From the NCBI GenBank assembly GCA_944387545.1, contig CALXFE010000003.1, positions 12,309 to 76,308 of the forward strand: a stretch of 64,000 nucleotides of DNA. The letters are read 5' to 3'. Source of the DNA: an uncultured Clostridia bacterium (GTDB lineage: Bacteria > Bacillota > Clostridia > TANB77 > CAG-508). The translations under genes and the position numbers were made by a program. Shown here one piece after another: positions 1-9,351 of this stretch; within the stretch, counting starts at the first letter, position 1, and the number at the start of each line of letters is the position of its first letter. The notes beneath the pieces are model-generated. The model was not told where the DNA came from, made no database searches, and saw nothing but the letters and a program-made list of their open reading frames with translations.

Positions 1-81
1 TTTTTAAAGAGTGAAAATCGAAAGTTGTAATTAAAAAGAAAAATGTAAAATGAGAATATTTTTACATTTTTCTTTTTATTA

Positions 82-801
82 CTAAATCAATTTTTCTGCC
101 AAAGCTAATTGCTCTTGATTTAAATTAAAATCTTGTCCGTTATTTTTAATCAAATTATGTAGATTTTCTATAACTCTTGCTTGATTAATTATTTTTTCTA
201 ATGGCGCTAAATTATTTAATGCTTGTTCTATTTTATTATACTCTTTTTCCATTGCTCCAAAATCTTTATTATTAAAATTCTGTTTCCAATTATTCATATA
301 TTTTTCCATATTTTCTAATCCAATATTTTGTTCTCTAAATTTTTCTTCTATATTATTTTCTACACTATTTAATATAATATCTTTCCCTTGTTTAATTATA
401 TTCGTAATATTATAGTCTAATAATCCTTTTTGATTCACTTTATCAACAACAGTATCCAATAATGAGGAAATTCCATCAATTAAGCCTCCCGTCTCAATTG
501 CACTTTGCATTTGTGAAACATTTTCAAAATTGCCTGTAAATATTCCTATTGCACTTTTTCCTACATCTATTGCATCATCTATTGTTTTTGTAATTCCATC
601 TTTTAATCCATAATTTAATAAATTATCTTTTATATTAATAATTTGTTCATCTATAAAATCTGGTAATAAAGCTCTTATTCCAATATCTATAGCTGTATTT
701 ATTGTTTTTCCCAATGTAGTTTCTAAAAAGCTTTTTTGCTCTTCGTTCCTATTTATTTCATTATTTAAATTTATTTCATTTTCTATTTTATTTATATCCA
801 T
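82..801 (-). CDS. Hypothetical soluble protein, 239 aa, Asn/Ile/Glu-rich
   Basis: Intact ORF with an AAGGTGG ribosome-binding site about 5 nt upstream of the ATG at 801. I recognise no family. It has visibly more G+C than the tract upstream of it. Confidence 0.55.
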   Translation of the reverse strand: MDINKIENEINLNNEINRNEEQKSFLETTLGKTINTAIDIGIRALLPDFIDEQIINIKDNLLNYGLKDGITKTIDDAIDVGKSAIGIFTGNFENVSQMQSAIETGGLIDGISSLLDTVVDKVNQKGLLDYNITNIIKQGKDIILNSVENNIEEKFREQNIGLENMEKYMNNWKQNFNNKDFGAMEKEYNKIEQALNNLAPLEKIINQARVIENLHNLIKNNGQDFNLNQEQLALAEKLI

Positions 802-1210
802 ATACCACCTTGTACAATATAATTATTTTTAAAATTTATTATATTATATTTTCCTTTCTTCATTGATTATTTTATTTTTTATAATTTCGATTTTTTATAA
901 AAATTATTTGTTTTATTTTTTACTAAAAAAATTAATTTATTTATTATTTATTTTTAGTCTTTATTTTTTATTTATTTTTCAAATTCTAAATAATTTTTTA
1001 ATTAATTTTTTTATTAAATTTATTATATTATTTATATATATTTTTTGTTTATTTCTTTATAACTCATGAAATATTTTTTATTGATTTGAAATTTTTTAAT
1101 TTCTTTATGTCTTTTTTAATTCGTATTTATCTGACAAATTTTTGTTGTTAATAAAATCACTCTCCTTTATTCTTAATCTTGTATTTTTATTTTTGTTAAA
1201 TATCTTTTAA

Positions 1211-4200
1211 ATTTTATTTTTGATTTATGTATACTTTATTTTTGTCTCAAACTAATTTTTACTTTTTTATTCATTTTCCTTTTTTTCTTATTTACGTAGT
1301 CTTTATTTCCACTTTTTGTACAAATTTTTTTATTTGTTTTTGAACTTTTTTTCATTTCTTTTTATAAAATTTATTATATTGGTAAACCTCTTTTGGGGTA
1401 ATTTTTAATCATTTATAATTTACAAATTTAGGTTTTATTTTTGAATTTTCTCTTTTTAATTTATGTTTACTTTTGTTTTTTGTATTCTTTTTTATGAATT
1501 TTTTATTGTTATGTATTTACATTTTTTACCATATTTTTATGTGTTTGTTTTTAACTTTTAAATTATTTTTATATTATTTTTATTTTCTTTTTATTATAAT
1601 TCAATTTATTATTTTTTTAATTTATTATCTTTTAATTTATTATTTTTTAATTTATTATTTATTTTATTATTTAAATAATTATTATATTTATAAAATCTAT
1701 TTATTTTATTATAATTTTTAATGAGTATATATAATTTTTTTATTATTTTTTATAAATTATATATTAATTATTTTTATTTTTAAGGCTATTTAATAGATTT
1801 TAGATATTTTTTATTTAATTAAATATTTTTTCTATTTTTTTAATATCAAAAAGTACTTATTATTTTTTATACTTTTTATTTTTTTATTATTATTTTTATA
1901 ATTTTTTTTATTTTTATTTTTAATTATAAATTTTATTTTTTTATTAAGCTTAAAATTAATAAATTAATTTCTCATTTATTTTATATAATTTTTAGTTTAA
2001 CTTATTTTATCAAAAACAATTTTTCTTTTATTTTTATATTCATCTTTTTCATATTTCAAATTCTTCTTTTTGCCTTTGTCTTTTCTTCCTTTAATTTATA
2101 TTACGTTTTTTATATCTACCTTCTTTTTAAAAAGATTTTTAAACTTATTTTCTTTCTAACTTTTATCAGATTTCCTTTCAATTTTATTTTTGCTTTATGT
2201 TTACTATGCTTTTTTAGTTGTCTTTGTCATCCATTTTTTATTCATTTTGACTTTTTTCTTATTTGCCTAGTTTTCAATCCACTTTTTTTAGCAATCTTTT
2301 TGTATTTTAAAATTACTTTTTGTATTTATTTCTTATAAAATGTATTATATTGGTAAACCTCCTATTTATAATTTTAATTGATCACTTTTTATCAATTTTA
2401 GATTTTTCTTTCAAATTATTCTTTTTGAATTTATGTTTACTTTTGGTTTTTATTTCTTTTTTACTAATTTTTTCTTTTTATACTTTTTAGTTTATTTTAT
2501 ATATTTTTTTATCTTTCTTTTTATTTTTTTGTCTTTAATTTTTTATTAATTTATCTTTTTTTTTCAATTTTTATTACTTAATTTTTTTATACATCATTTA
2601 TTTATTTTTATATTTTTTATTTTTTATTTATTTTTAATAAAAAAAAATATTTTAGTTGTTTTTTTTGTTTTTATTAATAAATTATCTTTAATAAATTTTT
2701 ATATCATTTATTATATATCTGATCATTCATCGTTTAATATTTTATTAATAATATTTATTTATTAATTTATTATTCAATTAATTCTTTTATTTATAGAATC
2801 TAATTATTTCATTATATTTTTTTATTAATTATTTATTTAATTATGTATTATATATTTTTATTATAATTTTTTAGAAAAAAATTTTTATTATTTATTAATA
2901 ATCTTTATTTTATTTAATTAATTATTATATTAATAATTTTTTAATATAAAATTAATTTTTTTATATTAAATAAATAAAAATAATTACTTTATTTTTTTTA
3001 TTTCTTTTAATATTTGGGGAAATTGATTTATTTTATAGAAATGATAATTTCTAATTATATATATATCTATTTTACATTTTATTTATATCCTTCTTTCTTT
3101 TTACTTTTTTCCATTTTATACATTTGTTTTTTTGTATTATTAATTTTATTTCTTAAAAGTATCTATGTCATTACTATCTTTTTTCTTTAAATTTCTTTCA
3201 ATTTTATTTTATATTTTATGTTTACTGTGCTTTTTTTCTATCTTTACTATCTCTTTTATATTCATTTTGACTTTTTTCTTATTTGCCTAGTCTTTAATCA
3301 ATCTTTTTTTATCAATTTTTTGTATTTTAAATTTACTTTTTGTATTTATCGGTTATAAAATTTTTTATATTGGTAAACTGCCTTTTTGTAATTATAATTG
3401 ATTAATTTTTCTCAAATTTAGATTTTTACTTTCAAATTATCTCTTAAAAATTTATGTTTACTTTTGTTTTCTAAATTCTTTCGGTATCTTTTTTCTTTGT
3501 TATGTTTTTACATTTTTTACCATATTTTATATTTCTTTCTATTTTTTTGTCTTTAATTCTATATTAGTTTATCCTTTTTATTTTTATGTTTTAATTTACT
3601 AATTTTATTCATTTATTAATTATTATTTTTTAATTTTATATTTTTATTTTTTTAAATTTAAAAAAATTCTTTAATTAATTCTCATTTATTTATTTTTATT
3701 AATAAATTTTATTTATTATTATAAATTATTAATATCAATTTTTATAATTTTTTTATTTTTATTTATATATCTAATTATTTATTTATAATATTTTATTAAT
3801 AATCTTTTTTTATTTATATTTATTAATTTATTTGGTGTAATCCACTTATTTTTTTATTAAATCCATTTATTTTATTCTAATTTATTCTTAATCATTTAAT
3901 TATTTTTTTATATTTTATAATTATTTATTATTTTTTTATTTTAACTATATTTATATTATTATTTTTTTATTTTAACTATATTTATATTATTATTTTTTTA
4001 TTCAAAAATATTTTTATTTAATTAAATATTTTTTTTTATTCTTTTAATTTTTTAGTATTTTTTAATAAAAAAATATTTTAGTTAAATTTTTTATTTTTTA
4101 TAATAAATTTTATTTTCTAATTTATTATTTATTTATAATTTTTTTCTTCTCAATTTTTTATTTTAGTTTTTATTACTAAATTATTTTTTTATATATTAAT

Positions 4201-4625
4201 ATTATCTATTATTTGTTAATTTATTTTTTACTTTTATTTCACTTCTTCTTTCTTTTTTGTTCTTTCTTTTTATACTTTTGTCTTTATATTATTACTTTTT
4301 ATTCTCAATATAATTTTTTACTTTTTGTTTTTATTAGCTTATTCTTCAATTTTTATTTTAATTTTATGTTTACTATATTTTTTTCTTATTTTTTTCTATC
4401 TTTTTTTATTCATTTTTACTTTTTCTTTATTTGCGTAGTTTTATTTCTACTTTTTATATTACTTTTTTTGTATTTTATTTTTATATTTTGTTTTTATTTG
4501 ATATAAAATTTATTATATTGGTAAACTTCCACTTTATAATTTTAATTGATAAATATTTTCTAAGTTTAGATTTTCTTTTGTTGTTTATACCTCTTTTATT
4601 TATGTTTACTTTTGTTTTTTGAATT
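1211..4625. repeat. Four ~1-kb direct repeats in an ORF-free, ultra-AT-rich tract
   Basis: Conserved ~275-bp cores lie at about 1211-1485, 2181-2455, 3201-3475 and 4349-4625. Each contains TATATTGGTAAAC (1376, 2346, 3366, 4514) and two copies of TTATGT(T/A)TAC. The anchor spacing is about 970, 1020 and 1148 bp. Confidence 0.85.
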
Positions 4626-4820
4626 GTTTTTGATAAAATTTTTTCATTTATTCTTTTAGATTGTTATATTATTTATATGTACTTTCTATTATCTTTTTTA
4701 TTACAAATTTTATTTTCATATTATTTACTAATTAATTTTTTATTTAAAATTTTTATTATTTAATTTTTTTATTATTTGCTTTTTTATTTATTTTTAATTA
4801 AATTTAAAATCTTTTATTTT

Positions 4821-5861
4821 TTAATTTAAATTAATTATTTTTATTTTTTTAAATTTATTTTTTAATAATCTTTTATAAAAATATTTTGATAAATTATTTT
4901 TTATGTAATTATTTAATATTAAATATGTATTTATATTTTCTTTTTTTAATTTATTTAATTTTAATATATTTTTTTTATTATTTTCTAAAGTTATTATATT
5001 TATATATTTGGCCTGTATTGGTATTTTATTTATATTTTTATAAAATCCTTGAATATTAAATATTATATAATCATTATTTTTATTATATTTTCTAATTAAT
5101 TTCTTTAATATTCTTTTTTTTATTAAATTATTTTTATTCTTTAATACATTGTTTATATTTTCTATTTCTTTTATTTTATTATTTATTCTTTTTTCTTTTA
5201 TTTTAATTTTTAAATTTAATTTGTATATTTTTTCTGTTTTATTTATTTTTATTATTTTTCTATTTATTGTTTTATTATTTTTTTCTTTTTTTATATTTAT
5301 TTTTAAATTAATTATAATTATATTTTTATTTTTTATAATTAATTTTTTTAGTATAATTAATTTTATTATATCTTTATCAATTTTATTTTCTCCAAATAGA
5401 AATATCATGTTGTTTTTATTTTTTATTAAATTTTTATTTTTATAATTTATCATATTTTTTAATTTGATTATATTTATCTTTTTTTTTCTATTGATATTTT
5501 GATTATTAATAAAATATTTTTTTTCTTTTAAATTTTTAATTAATTTATAAATACTAAATATATTATTATAATAAATATCTATCATTTTTAATTTTATTAA
5601 ATCTTTTTCTATTTTTTTATTTTCTAATATGATAATTATTTTTATTTTTTTGTTTGTCTTCTTTATATTTTCTATTAATTTAATTAAATTTATTTCTCCA
5701 GGAATTTTTTCACTAATAATAATTACATCTATATTTTTATATTTTTTTAATATATCAATAATTGCTTCTTTATATAAAATATTTTTATTTTCTGTTATTG
5801 TATTTTTTATTATTTTTTTTAATATTTTTTCATTATTTATAGCAGTTATTATATTAGGCAT
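4821..5861 (-). CDS. Lys/Ile/Asn-rich hypothetical protein, 346 aa, possibly a receiver-like N-terminus plus a degenerate ParA/MinD-like half
   Basis: A 346-codon open frame in DNA almost devoid of G/C, which is unlikely by chance. It overlaps the end of the upstream VirB4-like gene by 8 nt, suggesting translational coupling. The expected Walker A position reads FGENKIDKD, so no intact P-loop is present. Confidence 0.5.
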   Translation of the reverse strand: MPNIITAINNEKILKKIIKNTITENKNILYKEAIIDILKKYKNIDVIIISEKIPGEINLIKLIENIKKTNKKIKIIIILENKKIEKDLIKLKMIDIYYNNIFSIYKLIKNLKEKKYFINNQNINRKKKINIIKLKNMINYKNKNLIKNKNNMIFLFGENKIDKDIIKLIILKKLIIKNKNIIIINLKINIKKEKNNKTINRKIIKINKTEKIYKLNLKIKIKEKRINNKIKEIENINNVLKNKNNLIKKRILKKLIRKYNKNNDYIIFNIQGFYKNINKIPIQAKYINIITLENNKKNILKLNKLKKENINTYLILNNYIKNNLSKYFYKRLLKNKFKKIKIINLN

Positions 5862-7695
5862 CCTTTTTTTCTCCCTTTATTATTTCGTATTCATCATCAG
5901 AACATTCTATTTTTGTTAATATATGATCTTCTCCTACAAACATCAAACATTCTCCTCTTTTTAATGATTTTATTTCTATCTTTTCTTTTTCTGATAAATT
6001 TGCATATTCTGATAATACTTTTATATTTTCTTCTTCTAATGCAAAAAAGGTTTTTATACTAGAATTATTTAATATACTTTTTCCATAGATTCCTTCTTCT
6101 AAGCTAAACAAATCGGATATATCTTGTGTTATTGCAACACTACTGCCACCATATTTTCTTATTGTTTTAAATATTTTATAGATAAAACTTGCTACATTTT
6201 TATTTGAAGTTACACCTATTAATCTCCATATTTCATCAAGATATATTGCCTTTTTTTCTTTTCTATTTTCTTTTATTTTATCCCAAAAAATATCTGTAAA
6301 TAAATACATGCCATATTTTAGATTTTCTTCTCCTAATTCATATATATCTGCAATAATTAATTCATTTTTTAATTCTATATTTGTATAATTATTAAAAAAT
6401 TTCATTGATCCTTTTACAAATGGAATTAATTTTATTGAGAATTTTTCTGTTCTTTTATCTTTTCGTAAAATATTATATAAATCTTCTAATATAGGCATAT
6501 CTTTTTTATTTTTAAATATATTTTTTTTATTTTCTTTTTTATATAAAGATTTATCATCAAAATTAATCTTTTTTTCATTATATGTTTCAATTAATTTTTC
6601 TTCTATTAATGCTTTATCTTCTTCATTTAATTCTCCAAAAATTAAATGAAAAAAACCTATTAATTTTCCTATTTTTGTTGCTAAATATCCATTTTCTCCA
6701 TCTTCAATGCTTTCTTTTCTGATTTCCAATATATTTATATATGTATTTGAATTTGGACCTATAATAATTCTAGTACCTTTTAATTTTTCACTTAAACTAA
6801 CATATTCACGTTCCGGATCAATAATATATTGCTTTATTCCCATCAATCTGTATCGTAATATCAATAATTTTGTGTAAAAAGATTTTCCTGCACCGCTTGT
6901 CCCAAATATACATATATTAGCATTTTTATATTTTTCTGTATCATACCTATCTATAAAAACGATAGAATTGTTATAAATATTTGTTCCTATAAATATACCT
7001 TCATTATCAAATATTGATGATGAAACAAATGGATAGGTAGCCACTAGACTAGATGTAAGTATATTTCTTTTAGCTACATTTTTTATTAATTTATGATTTT
7101 CCATTAAGGGTAAGCAAGCTTTAAATGTTTCTTCTTCTCTAAAATTTGCTCTTCTTGTTTGCAATCCTTTGCTTTGCGAAATACCCTCTATTTTATTTAA
7201 TAAATATTCTAATTCTTTTATGTTCTCTGCATATACTAATAAATATATATACACGTAATACATTTCTTCATTATTTACTTGCATTTCTTTTCTAATATAT
7301 TTTGCATCTCCATATATGGATGTTGCTATATCTATATCTTGTCTATTTTCATTATTACTTTTTACTTCTAATCCCACATTTCCTATATGATAAGTTAATT
7401 CTTTTATAACTCTATAGGAATCTTGTTTTTCATAGAAAATAGATATATTTACATTGATATTACTTTCTATAATATTTTTTAATATTATATCTGTTTGTTC
7501 TCTATAATAATCTACTATTATAATCCCTGCATAATATAAATTGTCAATTTCTATATATTTAGGATTTTGCATATTTATATATGAAGGTGAAATTTTATCT
7601 TTTTCAAAAATTGTACCTTCATACAATTTTAAATTTTCTTCTTTATTTTTATTGATTATTTCTTTTATAATATTTCTACTCCTCCTTTTGATCAT
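5854..7695 (-). CDS. VirB4/TrsE-family T4SS ATPase, second copy, 613 aa
   Basis: Walker A GTSGAGKSF and Walker B AIYLDEIWRL are present. The layout parallels the VirB4-like protein at 31018-32964. Confidence 0.8.
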   Translation of the reverse strand: MIKRRSRNIIKEIINKNKEENLKLYEGTIFEKDKISPSYINMQNPKYIEIDNLYYAGIIIVDYYREQTDIILKNIIESNINVNISIFYEKQDSYRVIKELTYHIGNVGLEVKSNNENRQDIDIATSIYGDAKYIRKEMQVNNEEMYYVYIYLLVYAENIKELEYLLNKIEGISQSKGLQTRRANFREEETFKACLPLMENHKLIKNVAKRNILTSSLVATYPFVSSSIFDNEGIFIGTNIYNNSIVFIDRYDTEKYKNANICIFGTSGAGKSFYTKLLILRYRLMGIKQYIIDPEREYVSLSEKLKGTRIIIGPNSNTYINILEIRKESIEDGENGYLATKIGKLIGFFHLIFGELNEEDKALIEEKLIETYNEKKINFDDKSLYKKENKKNIFKNKKDMPILEDLYNILRKDKRTEKFSIKLIPFVKGSMKFFNNYTNIELKNELIIADIYELGEENLKYGMYLFTDIFWDKIKENRKEKKAIYLDEIWRLIGVTSNKNVASFIYKIFKTIRKYGGSSVAITQDISDLFSLEEGIYGKSILNNSSIKTFFALEEENIKVLSEYANLSEKEKIEIKSLKRGECLMFVGEDHILTKIECSDDEYEIIKGEKKDA

Positions 7696-8260
7696 AATTT
7701 TTATTTAAATATTTTTTTGTATTCAAAAATGAAAAAAAGATTTTTAATATTTCTTTTTTTTCATCAATAACAATTACTTTATTTCCACATCTTGATAAAC
7801 ATTCTTTTATTTTTAAATATTTTTCATTTAATTCTTGCTTTATAAATTCATAATTTTTTTCTTTTTTGTTGATTGGATTATTTTTTATTATGATATAAAA
7901 TTTTTTAGATGCTGATTTTTTATTAATATTTAGATTAGAAATATAATTAATATATTTTTCAGCTAATTTTTTTAAATGTTTATTTTCTTTTTTTAATAAA
8001 TTATTTTTTATTTTTGAAATATGATGACTTAAATCTTCTTTATTACTTTGAATTAAAATTTGAATATTAAAATTACAAGTTTTAAAAAAAATTTTATATG
8101 AATTTAAAATTGCTTCTTTTTCTAAATCAGATTTTAAATTATAATTTATTGGTATTATTTCTAAAATTTTTATAAGACTACTATTCTTTAATTCTATAAT
8201 ACCATCTTTAAAAATTTGTTTTATTGGTATCCATTCTTGTACACTTTTTTTATTTATTTT
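7676..8260 (-). CDS. Unlisted ORF of ~190 codons, paralogous to the soluble N-terminal region of the 29845-31005 protein, with no canonical start codon
   Basis: My own translation of the minus strand is open from the TAA at 8263-8261 to the TAG at 7678-7676. It reads ...WIPIKQIFKDGIIELKNSSLIKILEIIPINYNLKSDLEKEAILNSYKIFFKTCNFNIQILIQSNKEDL.... This aligns with FDKIEDNMIIRKKGRQYIMAIECQGINYDLMSGLEKNSVEQGFLQFLNTLRYPIQLYIQTRTVNL. The ORF overlaps the VirB4-like start by 20 nt. The only candidate start near the RBS is ATA at 8257. Confidence 0.6.
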   Translation of the reverse strand, partial: KINKKSVQEWIPIKQIFKDGIIELKNSSLIKILEIIPINYNLKSDLEKEAILNSYKIFFKTCNFNIQILIQSNKEDLSHHISKIKNNLLKKENKHLKKLAEKYINYISNLNINKKSASKKFYIIIKNNPINKKEKNYEFIKQELNEKYLKIKECLSRCGNKVIVIDEKKEILKIFFSFLNTKKYLNKNYDQKEE

Positions 8261-8282
8261 TTATCACACTCCTTTGAAAGCA

Positions 8283-8311
8283 ATTTTACATTATTTTACA
8301 TTACTTGTCAA
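8283..8311 (-). promoter_or_regulatory. Sigma-70/SigA-type promoter for the small-ORF/VirB4-2 operon
   Basis: On the minus strand: TTGACA (8311-8306), a 17-nt spacer, then TAAAAT (8288-8283). An AAAGGAG RBS follows at about 8275-8269. Confidence 0.55.
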
Positions 8312-8892
8312 GAAAAACATTTTGACAAATTTCGACTTTCTTTTTCCTTATTTCAGGTTTACCATTTTTTTCTTTTGTTTCTTTTTCCAAAATATTATAT
8401 CTTCTTTCTGTTATTTTTTCATTTTTCATTTCTTTTTTTCTGCTTTTTTCTTTACTTTTATGTATACTATTTTTTTTATTTATTATCTCTTTCTTAATAT
8501 TTTTTGTTTTTCCTTTATTGTATATATGCGTAATTATTTTTTTAATTACTTTTTTTACAAAACTGTCTAATTTTGTTTTCTAACAAATTACTTTTTATAA
8601 TTTTATTTCTTGTATTTTTTATAATATATTTGATCTTTTATTTTTTCCTTTTCTCTTTTCTTTAATATTTTTTCTTCTGCTTTTGCTTAACATAATTTAA
8701 AAATAATATTACATTTGATAAATTATAATTCTGTCATAACTTTATTGCTTTTTACAATATTTGTGATTTTTCTTTTTTCTATCTCACTTATTTTATTTGT
8801 TTTTTTATTTTTATTTTTTACTATTTTAATATTAGTTTTTATCTATCACTATTTTTATTCATTAATTTTATTTATTCTTGTTTTTTATTTTT

Positions 8893-8970
8893 ATATTATT
8901 ATTTATTTATATTATTATTTATTTATATTATTATTTATTTATATTATTATTTATTTATATTTATTATTTA
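8893..8970. repeat. 16-bp tandem repeat ATATTATTATTTATTT, about 4.8 copies
   Basis: Four perfect consecutive units read directly from the sequence, followed by a partial copy. Confidence 0.8.
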
Positions 8971-9290
8971 TTGCTTTATTATTTTTTATTTTTTTGAATA
9001 TTTTATTTTTTTTTGTACATAATAATATTATAAAGTTAATAATAGTTAAGAAAAATAATAATATTTTTTAATTAATTTATTATTATTTGTGTGCGATATA
9101 TTATTTTATTTTTTATTATAATTTATCGCTTATAAAAATATATTATTCTTTGTAGTTTTTTATTTATTTTTTATTATATTTATTTGTTTGTGGCAAAGTT
9201 ATATATAATATATTTTATTTTTTATTTTTCATATAAAATATGATAATTAAAAATTGTATATTAATTTAATTATTATTAGCTTTATTGATT

Positions 9291-9323
9291 AATGGCAGAT
9301 AATAATAAATATTATCTGCCATT
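9291..9323. terminator. 13-bp-stem hairpin downstream of gyrB
   Basis: AATGGCAGATAAT (9291-9303) pairs with ATTATCTGCCATT (9311-9323) around a 7-nt loop. The hairpin sits 29 nt past the gyrB stop. Confidence 0.6.
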
Positions 9324-9351
9324 AAATTTGTAAAAATAAATTTATATATTT

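Noticed and set aside
1211-4625. The possibility that the repeated tract is a CRISPR array.
   Set aside because: The repeat period is about 1 kb, not 25-40-bp repeats with similar-sized spacers. There is no short palindromic repeat and no cas genes in the window.
863-9071. Plus-strand ORFs of 63-118 aa (863-1069, 1473-1721, 4213-4506, 4431-4622, 5149-5445, 5629-5919, 8216-8497, 8274-8570, 8715-9071) encoding Phe/Leu/Ile/Tyr-only proteins.
   Set aside because: They are composition artefacts of a T-rich strand, where stop codons are rare in T-rich frames. They have no RBS, several lie antisense to real genes, and they overlap one another.
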